From Candidatus Woesearchaeota archaeon (GTDB lineage: Archaea; Nanobdellota; Nanobdellia; Woesearchaeales; GW2011-AR9), in NCBI GenBank assembly GCA_018696595.1, contig JABHQW010000008.1:352001-416000 (forward strand): a stretch of DNA of 64,000 nt, given 5' to 3'. This document shows positions 35,711 through 45,798 of this stretch, piece by piece. Made by a program: the position numbers and the translations under genes. Every line of letters begins with the position of its first letter. The first letter of the stretch is position 1. The notes below the pieces were generated by a model. That model had not been told where the DNA came from and made no database searches. It saw only the letters and a list, made by a program, of their open reading frames with translations.

Positions 35711-37435
35711 ATGACGGCTCACCATAAATCAGAAGACTTAAATTTACATTCTTTAAAGGCTATTTCTCCAATTGATGGTAGACATAGATTAATGACCGAA
35801 CCATTGGCAGATTGGTTCTCAGAATTTGCATTGTTTAAGTACAGGCTTCATATGGAAGTTGAGTACTTAATTGCATTATCGGAAAATGAACCGTTCAATG
35901 CAGTAAGAAATTTCACTTTAGAAGAAAAAGATTTCTTAAAAGGAATTGTGCGTAACTTTACTTTACAGGATGCACAAGTAATTCAGAACATTGATCGGTT
36001 TGGTTATCAAGAAATGAAACCGACTAACCATGATTGTAAATCTGTAGAATATTTTCTTAAAAGAAAACTTGAAGAAAGTTCATTAACAGATGTAAAAGAA
36101 TTTGTTCATTTTGGTTTAACTTCAGAAGATATGAATAATATTGCTCACAATTGTATGATTAATGGAGCATTAAATCAACATTATATCCCAAATTTAGTTT
36201 CTTTACTGGATGAATTAAAAGGACTAGCAGAATCAGAAAAGTCTACCGCTATGTTAAGTAGAACTCATGGCCAACCGGCAACTCCAACAACAGTTGGTAA
36301 AGAGATGGCTAATTATCTTGACAGATTAAGAAAACAGTTAATCAAACTTAAACAATTTAAATTACCTGCAAAATGTAATGGTGCTGTTGGCAATCATGCT
36401 GCCCAATATTTTGCTGCAGGAGAAGTTAATTGGATGTCTTTTACTGAAAAATTTATCACAGATCTTGGTTTTGAAGCAAATTTAATGAGTACACAAATTG
36501 AGTTTCATGATGGTTTAACAGAATTGTTTAGCATTATGATTAGTATCAATAATATTCTAAAAGATTTAGCGATGGACTTTTGGACTTATATCTCTTTGGG
36601 ATATTTACAACAACAAAAGATTATTCATGAAGTTGGTAGTTCAACAATGCCACATAAGATTAATCCTTGGCGGATGGAAGTTGCTGAAGGTAGTGTAGCA
36701 GAAGCAAACGCTAAGTTGATTGGATTTATCAACAAGTTGCAAGTTTCTAGATTACAAAGAGATTTGTCGGATCATGAAGCACAAAGAGCGATAGGAGTTG
36801 GGTTTGCTCATTCTTATTTAGTAGTTCTACATGTTTTAGAAGAATTAGAAAGATTACAGGTAAATAAGGAAAAAGTTTCTTCTGAACTGAAAGATTTTGG
36901 TAGTATTTTAACAGAAGCTGTTCAGACTTTACTGAGAAAAGAAGGGTACGAACAGCCTTATGAATTAATGAAAGATTTTTCTCGGGGCAGACATTGTACT
37001 GTTCAAGAACTGCACACTTTTGTTGACCAGTTAGATATTAAAGAAGAAACTAAATTGAAACTAAAACAATTAAGACCAGAGAATTATATTGGGTTGAGTA
37101 AAGAATTAACAGAGTTAGCAATTGGAAAATGGGAAGAGTTCAAAGAAGAATATGAAGAACCGTTACCTGCAGTAAGAAAAGTCTTCTTAGCCCCAGAAGT
37201 AAAGAACTTTGAGATTATCGAAAGATTAAAACAAATGGAGATTGAAGTTCTCGATGAACTTACTGAAGAAAAAGGTATTTTATACATTGGTCCAATCAAT
37301 GCTCAGTTTGAAGAAGCAAAAGAGAAAGGCTTTATTTGTGTGAATTACGATCCTAATCGAAAAACTAAGGCTGATTACAACATTGTTGATCTGGCAGAAT
37401 TGCCAGACTTGATTAATTCTTTTGGAGGTGACTAA
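35711..37435 (+). CDS. purB: adenylosuccinate lyase with degenerate HAD-like C-terminal extension
   Basis: AISPIDGR, HFGLTSED, RTHGQPA, GSSTMPHKINP. Confidence 0.95.
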   Translation: MTAHHKSEDLNLHSLKAISPIDGRHRLMTEPLADWFSEFALFKYRLHMEVEYLIALSENEPFNAVRNFTLEEKDFLKGIVRNFTLQDAQVIQNIDRFGYQEMKPTNHDCKSVEYFLKRKLEESSLTDVKEFVHFGLTSEDMNNIAHNCMINGALNQHYIPNLVSLLDELKGLAESEKSTAMLSRTHGQPATPTTVGKEMANYLDRLRKQLIKLKQFKLPAKCNGAVGNHAAQYFAAGEVNWMSFTEKFITDLGFEANLMSTQIEFHDGLTELFSIMISINNILKDLAMDFWTYISLGYLQQQKIIHEVGSSTMPHKINPWRMEVAEGSVAEANAKLIGFINKLQVSRLQRDLSDHEAQRAIGVGFAHSYLVVLHVLEELERLQVNKEKVSSELKDFGSILTEAVQTLLRKEGYEQPYELMKDFSRGRHCTVQELHTFVDQLDIKEETKLKLKQLRPENYIGLSKELTELAIGKWEEFKEEYEEPLPAVRKVFLAPEVKNFEIIERLKQMEIEVLDELTEEKGILYIGPINAQFEEAKEKGFICVNYDPNRKTKADYNIVDLAELPDLINSFGGD

Positions 37436-37436
37436 A

Positions 37437-39698
37437 ATGGGAAACACATTTGCAATTTTAGGTGGACAATGGGGAGACGAAGGTAAAGGAAAATTTGTAG
37501 ATTGGGCAGCTAAGTATTTTGACATTTCTGCGAGAGCCACTGGTGGTAACAATGCAGGACATACTGTTTATGTTGGCGAAGAGAAACATATTTTTCATTT
37601 AATCCCTTCTGCAATTACTTGGAAGAATGTTGATTGTCTTTTAGGAAATGGAATGGTGATTGATCCATTAATTCTGTTAAAAGAAATTGATACTTTAGAA
37701 CAAAAAGGTTACACTGTTAATAATCTTTACATCTCTGGAAGAGCGCATATGATTTTACTTTACAACAAAGTCTTAGACAAATATAAAGAGAAATCAAAAG
37801 GAAAAAAGAAAGTTGGCACTACGGGAAGAGGTATTGGTCCAACTTATGCTGATAAAGCTTATTATACTGGAATCAGAATGAATGATCTGTTGGATAAAGA
37901 GTTGTTAAAAAGAAAAGTTAGCCTACATGTTTGGGAAAAGTTTGGTTCATTTAAGAAATTACATGAAGATGATGATGAAATAATTATGGGGGCTTTAAGA
38001 GATTCTCTTCCTGAAGATACATTTTTTGATAAATGGAGAAGTAAACTACTCGATTTGGGAAATAATATTAATCTGAACAAGTTAACAAATTTCTTTGTTG
38101 ATATTTATTTTTCTGTTGGTAAAATATTAAAGAAACATATTACAGATACTCGGCTGATGTTAGAATCTAATGCCAAAGATGGTAAAAGTATTCTTTTAGA
38201 AGGTGCACAGGGGTTATTGTTAGATGTTGATCACGGAACTTATCCTTTTGTGACTTCTTCTAACGCTTCCATTGGTGGTTTGAAAACCGGTTTAGGTTTA
38301 CCGCACTTAGATATTGCTTATAGTGTTGTTAAAGCTTATACTACAAGAGTCGGTGAAGGCCCTTTTGCTACAGAACTATTTGATGATGTTGGTAACTATT
38401 TAAGAGAAAAAGGTGGCGAGTTTGGTTCTACTACTGGGAGACCAAGAAGATGTGGTTGGCATGATACTGTTTTAACAAGACATACTGCATTAATTAATGG
38501 GCCAAACATTGTTATTAGTAAATTGGATGTTTTAACGGGTTTGGAGAAACTTAAAATTTGTAATTCTTACAAATATCTTGGACCTAAGAAAGTTTTTAAT
38601 GGCGAAATTTACTTCACTGGAAAAATTTTGAAAGATTTCCCTGCTGATGGGTTTTTGTTAGAACATTGTGTTCCTCATCAATGGGTTGAAATGCCTGGCT
38701 GGACTGAAGACATAACTAATGTTAAAGAATATAGTCTTTTGCCTATTAATGCCCAGAATTATTTACGTAAAATTGAAGAGTTGGGGAATGTTGAAATTAG
38801 TTTGGTTAGCATTGGTCCAAAAAGAGAACAGATGATCGTTATGCCAGGAAGATGGAACTTAGAAGTCAAACAAGAAAAAGTTTCTTCTTCTTCTGTAAGT
38901 GAACCTGTAGAACAACCAATAGAAGAGAGAGAAACATTTGTAGAACCAACTGTTAATGTTGAAACAGAGTCTCAACTAGAAACCAGAACAGAAATTAAAA
39001 CAGAACCTGAAGAAGACACAAAAATAAAAGCAATCATTTATGACATGGATAATACTTTAGTTAATACTGATGGCTTTGTACTTGGTCATTTAAGAAGAAC
39101 GGCATTAAGAGTTTGTCAAGACATTCCATTTACAGTTCCAAGTGATGAAGAAATTAAAAGAGTACAAAAAGAAAATCTTCCTTTTGAGGATATCTTTGTA
39201 AAACTATTTCCAAATCCGTTGGGCTATATTCGTGATGAACCATTATCAGGCGTGGTTTTAGCAAAATACCGGGAAGATGCAAAAGAAATTCCTTTTTCTT
39301 CAACACTTGGCGGGATAGATCTTGTTGAAACTATGTCTAAACAAGAAGTTGTTCAAGGAATTGTGACAAACCGAGTTCGGATGGCTCGTCATCGGTTAGA
39401 TCAAGCTGGTTATAGTGATTTTTCTTTTATTGTTCAACCAGAATCTAAAGAACAGAGTAAACCAAATCCTCTTTGTTTAAGACCAGCGTTAGACTTTTTG
39501 CAAGAGAAGAATATTTCTAAGTCTGAGGTTCTTTCTGTCGGCGATCATCCTGACGATTATCTTGCTGCAAGAGATGCAGGAATTACATTCATTGCTGTTT
39601 TAACTGGAGAAAGCACCAAAGGAGATTTTATTAGTGCGGGTTTAGATGCAAATATGATTGTTGATGATCTTGGAGAATTGAAAGAAATAATAAATTAA
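37437..39698 (+). CDS. purA: adenylosuccinate synthetase fused to a C-terminal HAD phosphatase
   Basis: QWGDEGKGK, GNNAGHT, EGAQG, YTTRVG, TTGRPRRCGW; then DMDNT, KPNP, VGDHPDD; GGAGGTGA SD. Confidence 0.95.
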   Translation: MGNTFAILGGQWGDEGKGKFVDWAAKYFDISARATGGNNAGHTVYVGEEKHIFHLIPSAITWKNVDCLLGNGMVIDPLILLKEIDTLEQKGYTVNNLYISGRAHMILLYNKVLDKYKEKSKGKKKVGTTGRGIGPTYADKAYYTGIRMNDLLDKELLKRKVSLHVWEKFGSFKKLHEDDDEIIMGALRDSLPEDTFFDKWRSKLLDLGNNINLNKLTNFFVDIYFSVGKILKKHITDTRLMLESNAKDGKSILLEGAQGLLLDVDHGTYPFVTSSNASIGGLKTGLGLPHLDIAYSVVKAYTTRVGEGPFATELFDDVGNYLREKGGEFGSTTGRPRRCGWHDTVLTRHTALINGPNIVISKLDVLTGLEKLKICNSYKYLGPKKVFNGEIYFTGKILKDFPADGFLLEHCVPHQWVEMPGWTEDITNVKEYSLLPINAQNYLRKIEELGNVEISLVSIGPKREQMIVMPGRWNLEVKQEKVSSSSVSEPVEQPIEERETFVEPTVNVETESQLETRTEIKTEPEEDTKIKAIIYDMDNTLVNTDGFVLGHLRRTALRVCQDIPFTVPSDEEIKRVQKENLPFEDIFVKLFPNPLGYIRDEPLSGVVLAKYREDAKEIPFSSTLGGIDLVETMSKQEVVQGIVTNRVRMARHRLDQAGYSDFSFIVQPESKEQSKPNPLCLRPALDFLQEKNISKSEVLSVGDHPDDYLAARDAGITFIAVLTGESTKGDFISAGLDANMIVDDLGELKEIIN

Positions 39699-39703
39699 TT
39701 TTT

Positions 39704-39922
39704 TTATATTTTCTTAAATCTTGGTCCTTCATAATCTTCTTTTTTTACATTATCTAGAAACATTTCTTTTGGTCTAACCCACATTGTATTTGCAGATTCT
39801 CCTTTTACTGGATCGGGATGATTGTAAACAACCATCTCTTCTATGGTTTCAGAATGTAATGCGATTCCTATTACTTCTACGATTGTTCCTTTGAAGTGTT
39901 TATATTTGCCTAATTTAATCAT
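39704..39922 (-). CDS. DUF1653-family protein
   Basis: YKHFKG...HSET.EEMVVY...WVRPKEMF. Confidence 0.88.
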   Translation of the reverse strand: MIKLGKYKHFKGTIVEVIGIALHSETIEEMVVYNHPDPVKGESANTMWVRPKEMFLDNVKKEDYEGPRFKKI

Positions 39923-40392
39923 TCTTCATGATGTTTGAACTCTTCATCCATCTTTTTCAAATAATCTTTAACTCTACTCATTACAGACTTTAGCAAGAAG
40001 CCTTCTACTTTCTCTTCAAAGATTTCAGATAAATTACTAAACTCAGTTACTCGATATAAGTTAGCGTTAGTTTCAATCAGATGTAAATCTTTCAATCTTT
40101 TCAATTGTCTTCTAATATTGGAAGAGGCAATGCCTAACATTGGTAACTTAGAATCTTTTCTTAAATCCATAACATTATTTTTAACTTCTTCAGAATGTAA
40201 TTGTTCTTTTTGTTGTTTTGCTTTTAATAAAACATGCAGAACATCTACAACAACATCTCTTGAATCTCCAGGTTGTAATAATCCAACTGACAAGCAGAAT
40301 TTTCTTACTAAATCTCTGTCGTTCATTGTTGGTTTTTCATATCTACGTAATGTAATTTCCGCAAGCGGAGTATCTCGACTAATTTTTGCCAT
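39919..40392 (-). CDS. winged-helix hypothetical protein
   Basis: SSNIRRQLKRLKDLHLIE wHTH-like segment. Confidence 0.7.
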   Translation of the reverse strand: MAKISRDTPLAEITLRRYEKPTMNDRDLVRKFCLSVGLLQPGDSRDVVVDVLHVLLKAKQQKEQLHSEEVKNNVMDLRKDSKLPMLGIASSNIRRQLKRLKDLHLIETNANLYRVTEFSNLSEIFEEKVEGFLLKSVMSRVKDYLKKMDEEFKHHEE

Positions 40393-40405
40393 TTTTCATC
40401 TACCT

Positions 40406-42097
40406 CTATTTATGTAGGTAATAAAAAATCATTTTATTACCCTCTTTTTTGTCTAATCTACAAAAGGAGAATCTTTCCAACTGCACAATGTCTCCTTCTT
40501 TCAAATCTAACATGCTTTTCTCTCCCAAGCCGAGGGCATGAGAATTATCTTCCATTACTACTTCTACTACAACATTATCTTCAACAGGAAGCCAATGGAT
40601 AATCATGCCTTTCTTTGAAGAGTTCTTAAAATCTTCATAACTCTCAGAAACAAATTTATATTTTCCTTCAACAACTTCAAAATTACAATAATCCATTAAA
40701 CGATGAACTTTTCCTTCAACTAACTTTTCATAATCATCTTCGGCAATATTAATTTCGTCGTGCACAGATAAAGTTCTTTGTCCTCGATCTGGGAAATCTG
40801 GATGTAAATCTAACTGCACAGAATTCTTGGGAGAATTAAGTACTTTAATTCCAACCGAATCATGAATAAAGAAATATCTGTTTGCTTTTTCTTCAATTAG
40901 TTCTTTATTGAAAGAGTTAATGTTTTTCCAGAATTCTTTCTGAGAAACAGTTTTATCATTTAAACTAAGACCAATTTCTAAAGCATACTTTCTAAATGCG
41001 CCAGCTTGGTAACCCCTTCTTCTTAAAGCCATTAAAGTCATCAATCTAATATCATCCCAACCATGATATTCTCTTTGTTCTATAGCGAGTTTAGTTTTCG
41101 TTGTTGATAATTTAAATCCTTCAAAGTTAATTTTCCCCCAATGCTTATACTCGGGAACTTTCCAACCAAGATATTTCATAACCAACGCTTCTTTAATTCC
41201 ATTATCGTGATGATCTTTTCCATTCAAAACATGCGTAACACCTAATTCGTGATCATCAATAGCTACTGAAAGAATCATTAATGGCCAAACTCGTTGTTCC
41301 TTGCCTGTTTTTGGATGGACTCTTTCATTAATTCTCATTAAAGAAAAATCTCTCATTGCCGGGTTTTTATCTTTAATATTTGTTTTTAATTTCAGAACAG
41401 CTTCTCCTTCTGCATATTCATTAAACATTTTTGCGTATCTAAGACCGTTTTCTTTTACATCTAACTCCCGACAAGGGCAAGCTTCTCCTTTAGCTTTTAG
41501 AGTTCGCCATTCTTCTGTATTACAGGTACAAACGTAAGCTTTGCCTTTTTGGACTAACTTTTCTGCATAATCATAATAAGTGCCTAATCTTTCTGATTGT
41601 ACTACGATCTGGTCCACTTTATTTCCTGTTAACCAATTAGCATCATCTTCAATCAGTTCGTAAGCTTTTGAATAAATATTATCTGGGTTGGTATCTTCAA
41701 TCCTTAAAATGAATTTACCTTTATACATTTTAGCGTATTCATAATTTAATGAAGAACCATAAGCGTGACCAATATGTAATGGTCCACTTGGAGATGGAGC
41801 AATTCTAACAACAACTTTACCTTCTTTTGCATTTGGTAATGGTTTTAAAGGCCCTTTAACTTCTTCTTTCTTTTCTTGAAGTTGTTCTGGGGCAATCTCT
41901 TCCAGTTTAGATTTAGCTTCTTCTTTAGACAAACTAGAAATCTCTTTAATCGTATTATCAATTTCTTTTAAAACTTTTGGAACATCTTTTTTCAGTTCAG
42001 GATTGTCTCTCAGAGTTAATCCCAGAACAACTTTAGGATTGACAGAACCAAATTGGTAGATGTTTTTTAGGCAGTGTTTGAGAATAGTGTCTTTCAT
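40406..42097 (-). CDS. gltX: glutamyl-tRNA synthetase (archaeal type)
   Basis: RIAPSPSGPLHIGH, RIEDT, LNGKDH, GWDDIRL. Confidence 0.96.
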   Translation of the reverse strand: MKDTILKHCLKNIYQFGSVNPKVVLGLTLRDNPELKKDVPKVLKEIDNTIKEISSLSKEEAKSKLEEIAPEQLQEKKEEVKGPLKPLPNAKEGKVVVRIAPSPSGPLHIGHAYGSSLNYEYAKMYKGKFILRIEDTNPDNIYSKAYELIEDDANWLTGNKVDQIVVQSERLGTYYDYAEKLVQKGKAYVCTCNTEEWRTLKAKGEACPCRELDVKENGLRYAKMFNEYAEGEAVLKLKTNIKDKNPAMRDFSLMRINERVHPKTGKEQRVWPLMILSVAIDDHELGVTHVLNGKDHHDNGIKEALVMKYLGWKVPEYKHWGKINFEGFKLSTTKTKLAIEQREYHGWDDIRLMTLMALRRRGYQAGAFRKYALEIGLSLNDKTVSQKEFWKNINSFNKELIEEKANRYFFIHDSVGIKVLNSPKNSVQLDLHPDFPDRGQRTLSVHDEINIAEDDYEKLVEGKVHRLMDYCNFEVVEGKYKFVSESYEDFKNSSKKGMIIHWLPVEDNVVVEVVMEDNSHALGLGEKSMLDLKEGDIVQLERFSFCRLDKKEGNKMIFYYLHK

Positions 42098-42142
42098 TGT
42101 TGATTGTAAAGAAGTAGTAGTTATTAAAGGTTTTGATTATAT

Positions 42143-42952
42143 CTAAAACCTGCCCTTCTCAACCAATTTCTTCATTCTTTTTACAAAACCATCAGCTTCA
42201 GCATAATACTTTTCATAATCTACACCTTTAATTTCTCTAATCTCTCTATGGGTTATTTTTTTACTAAGAACATAAAACTTCTTCATGGTTTCTACATATT
42301 TCTTCTCTAATAAACGATGTTTAACATAAGTGTCTTCTAATATGTCTGCAACATGTTCAGGGGTTGGCGGAACAATATTTTTCCGCATTAAAGCTGCATG
42401 TGCAGAATCAATTACTGCCCAATATAAATCAAGAGTCGCTTGCAATAAATGCCATTTTGAATTTAATAAAGTTCTTGGAGCTCGACCAAAATATCGCCAA
42501 ACAGATTCTTCCGAGGGACGAATACGACCTTGTTGTAATAATCTTTGTAATGGTTCAAAGAATCCAGAATCATTTAAAGCAACACCATCTCTTAGAATAT
42601 TAACTGCAACTGGGTCACCAGCTTTAACATATTCCCAAAAGGAAGTAAAAGTCATTGAAGTAATATGAAATTTATCTGAAATCTTGGAAATAACTTTCTC
42701 AACAATAATCTTGTAACTTTCAATTAAAGCTTCTGTAACTTGGAATGAAACATCATTACTAACTAATAAAACATCAATATCACTATGTTTGGTTGTTTCT
42801 CTTCTAACCGCACTTCCAAACAAAACCGCTCCCATTAAAAAGTCGCCAAGCTCATTTTTAACTTCTTGAACAAATTTTTGTGCTAATTTAAGATCATCAG
42901 TTGGATATTTATGAATATTCTCGTTTTCTTTTTTATGTATTCTAAATTGCAT
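42143..42952 (-). CDS. nucleotidyltransferase (MNT) fused to a HEPN-like domain
   Basis: FGSAVR....SDIDVLLV; helical C-terminus with SAHAALM. Confidence 0.75.
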   Translation of the reverse strand: MQFRIHKKENENIHKYPTDDLKLAQKFVQEVKNELGDFLMGAVLFGSAVRRETTKHSDIDVLLVSNDVSFQVTEALIESYKIIVEKVISKISDKFHITSMTFTSFWEYVKAGDPVAVNILRDGVALNDSGFFEPLQRLLQQGRIRPSEESVWRYFGRAPRTLLNSKWHLLQATLDLYWAVIDSAHAALMRKNIVPPTPEHVADILEDTYVKHRLLEKKYVETMKKFYVLSKKITHREIREIKGVDYEKYYAEADGFVKRMKKLVEKGRF

Positions 42953-43083
42953 TATTTATAGAGAATAGCAGTGAGGTTTATTAAGCTTTTTTAACTATTC
43001 TAGAGTAGGTAGTGCAAAATCAACATGAAATAATTCATTCTTTAGCAACATTTTTAAACAAACATTAACACTTTCAAACTAAA

Positions 43084-44013
43084 ATGTATGATACAATTAT
43101 TATCGGAGCCGGTCCAGCAGGATTAGCAGCAGCAATTTATGCTGGAAGAAAAAAACTAAAGACCGCGATTATTACCATTGATGTAGGTGGTCAGGGAAAC
43201 TTAACTAGTCATATTGAGAATTATCCTGGTGCATTACCTCAATCTGGAATGGAACTGATTGATAAGTTTAAACAACAAGTTGACGCTCAAGGAGTAGAAT
43301 TTCTCTTTGGTAAAGCTACTGAAGTTAAAAAAGTCGATGATCATTTTGAAATTGTTGTGGGTAATACTGAGATTCATAAAACTAAAAGCATAATTCTAAC
43401 TTACGGAAAAGTTCCTCGTAGATTAGGTATTCCTGGTGAAGATGAATTCTTTGGGAAAGGAGTGAGTACTTGTGCAACCTGCGATGGACCATTATATAAA
43501 AACAAAATTGTTGCCATTGTTGGCGGCGGAAATTCTGCTGTTGAGGCAGCTATTGATTTGTCAACCCATGCAGAAAAAGTTTATTTAGTCCACAGAAGAC
43601 AAGAATTTAGAGCGGATGAAGTTACCATTGAGAAAATTAAGACCAATCCTAAAATAGAATTAGTTTTAGATTCTGTTCCTGTTGAAATTAAGGGAGAAAG
43701 ATTTGTCAATGCTACTGTAGTTGAAAACAAAGTAACAAAAGAACAAAGAGAAATCAAAATTGATGGCTTGTTCTTAGAAATCGGTTATGTTGTAGATAGT
43801 TCGTTTGTTAAAGAATTAATTAAAATTAATGAGTATAATGAAGTTATTGTTAACTCAATTGGCGAGACTTCTCTAAAAGGAGTTTTTGCTGCTGGTGACG
43901 TAACAGATATGCCTTACAAACAAGCAATTATTGCTGCTGGCGAAGGGGCTAAAGCAGCTTTAAGCGCTTACGCTTACGTTACTGGAATGAAACCAACAAC
44001 TGATTGGCATTAA
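43084..44013 (+). CDS. trxB: thioredoxin reductase
   Basis: GAGPAG, CATCDG, GGGNSA, HRR, AAGD. Confidence 0.95.
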   Translation: MYDTIIIGAGPAGLAAAIYAGRKKLKTAIITIDVGGQGNLTSHIENYPGALPQSGMELIDKFKQQVDAQGVEFLFGKATEVKKVDDHFEIVVGNTEIHKTKSIILTYGKVPRRLGIPGEDEFFGKGVSTCATCDGPLYKNKIVAIVGGGNSAVEAAIDLSTHAEKVYLVHRRQEFRADEVTIEKIKTNPKIELVLDSVPVEIKGERFVNATVVENKVTKEQREIKIDGLFLEIGYVVDSSFVKELIKINEYNEVIVNSIGETSLKGVFAAGDVTDMPYKQAIIAAGEGAKAALSAYAYVTGMKPTTDWH

Positions 44014-44031
44014 AAATGAGGTGAATTTAAA

Positions 44032-44388
44032 ATGAGAAAGGTATTAATTGTTTCGTTGGCTTTGTTAACTGTATTTCTAGTTTCTTGTGGAAATACAGGG
44101 AATGGTATAGCTGGGTCAACTAACTTAGATGCATTTGCAGAATGTTTAGCTGAGAATGGTGCTACTATGTATGGTGCAGAATGGTGTAGTCATTGTAAAG
44201 ATCAAAAAGCAATGTTTGGAAGTTCTTTCAAGAATGTAGATTATGTTGAATGTACTGTTGAACAACAAAAATGTGTGGAATCTGGCATTTCGGGTTATCC
44301 TAGTTGGGTGTTTTCCGATGGGACCATTTTAGCAGGAGTACAACAATTCTCAACATTGGCAAAGAAGACGGGTTGTGTTTTGAACTGA
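44032..44388 (+). CDS. thioredoxin-like lipoprotein
   Basis: Lipobox LVS-C; YGAEWCSHC; GYPSW; GAGGTGA SD. Confidence 0.85.
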   Translation: MRKVLIVSLALLTVFLVSCGNTGNGIAGSTNLDAFAECLAENGATMYGAEWCSHCKDQKAMFGSSFKNVDYVECTVEQQKCVESGISGYPSWVFSDGTILAGVQQFSTLAKKTGCVLN

Positions 44389-44444
44389 TAGCAAACCCAT
44401 AAATTTATATACTATTTTTATTTTTTACTTTTTATATAAAAAAG

Positions 44445-45749
44445 GTGATGTTCATGAGAAAAATAAATTCATTAATATTGGTTGTTTGTTTTGCTTTAGT
44501 TATGGCACTACCTTTAGTTTCTGCTGCAACTAATTATGGTTTTCCTAATGTTGAAACAACATTATTATCTCAAGATCCCGATCCTGTAGAACCAGGACAA
44601 ATTGTGAAAGTTAAATTCAAAATTGAAAATGATGGAAAAAAAACGGGTGAAGATGTAATTGTTAAAGTTCTTCCTAAATTTCCTTTTTCTAGTTATGATG
44701 GCATTGTTGAAAAAAATATCGGAAAACTTCTTGCTTCTTCTGGTACGGATGCAACAGTTGTTGAGTTTAGATTAAAGGTTGATGAAAAAGCAGCCGAAGG
44801 AGATACAGAATTAGAACTTATTGTTTTAATAGATGAGGGCTTAGGAAAAAGTTACACTAATGATGAGTTTTTAATAAATATTCAAACCCATGATGCGGTT
44901 TTAGACATTACTTCAATTAGTTCAAACCCAAAACAAATTGCTCCTGGAGAAAGTGCAGAAGTAAACATTATGGTTAAGAACTTAGCCGACTCATTGTTAA
45001 AAGATATCAAATTTAAATTAGATTTCGATGATGACGATTTACCTTTAGCACCTTATCAATCCTCTTCCGAAAGAAGAATTTCTCAATTACAATCTAATTA
45101 TCAAAATAGTCTAAGCTTTAATGTTATTGCTGATCCTGAGGCCACTCCTGGTCTATACAAAGTACCCGTAACAATAACCTATAATGATGAGAATGGCAAT
45201 GCTTATTCTGTAAGTGACATTTTAGCTGTTACAGTGGGAGAAATTCCTAAACTTAAAGCTTACATTAAGAAAAGTGCAGTTTTACAAGCAAAATCAGAAG
45301 GAAAAATTACTTTAGAAATTGCTAATTCTGGTAGTTCTAACATTAAGTTTTTAGAAATTACTTTATTGCCTTCTGACGATTATCAATTAGTTTCTACTAC
45401 TAATTACTTTTATATGGGGGATGTTGATTCTGATGACACTGAAAGTGAGGAAGTTGATATCTACATTAACAAGAAGGTTGAAACTTTGCATGTTCCAATG
45501 CTTTTGAAGTATACTGATGCAAACAACAAACCTTTTCAGCAACAATTTGATCTAGAAATGAATCTTTATTCTTCTTCCGAATTAAAGAAGTTTGGATTGG
45601 TTGAAAGTAGTAGTGCGGGAATTTACTTTTTGATAATTGTGTTGGGCGTTATTGGTTTTATTCTTTACAGAAGTTATAAGAAAGATCCTGACAAGTTTTC
45701 TAGGAGATGGAAGAGAAGATTATCTTTCAGATTCAGAAAAAAGAAATAA
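44445..45749 (+). CDS. COG1361 S-layer-domain protein
   Basis: Signal peptide, QDPDPVEPG, Ig-like repeats, C-terminal TM with basic tail; upstream of ABC permeases. Confidence 0.85.
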   Translation: MMFMRKINSLILVVCFALVMALPLVSAATNYGFPNVETTLLSQDPDPVEPGQIVKVKFKIENDGKKTGEDVIVKVLPKFPFSSYDGIVEKNIGKLLASSGTDATVVEFRLKVDEKAAEGDTELELIVLIDEGLGKSYTNDEFLINIQTHDAVLDITSISSNPKQIAPGESAEVNIMVKNLADSLLKDIKFKLDFDDDDLPLAPYQSSSERRISQLQSNYQNSLSFNVIADPEATPGLYKVPVTITYNDENGNAYSVSDILAVTVGEIPKLKAYIKKSAVLQAKSEGKITLEIANSGSSNIKFLEITLLPSDDYQLVSTTNYFYMGDVDSDDTESEEVDIYINKKVETLHVPMLLKYTDANNKPFQQQFDLEMNLYSSSELKKFGLVESSSAGIYFLIIVLGVIGFILYRSYKKDPDKFSRRWKRRLSFRFRKKK

Positions 45750-45798
45750 TTAGAGAACAACAATATTAAAATAGGGTTTTATTATATCCATATACACA

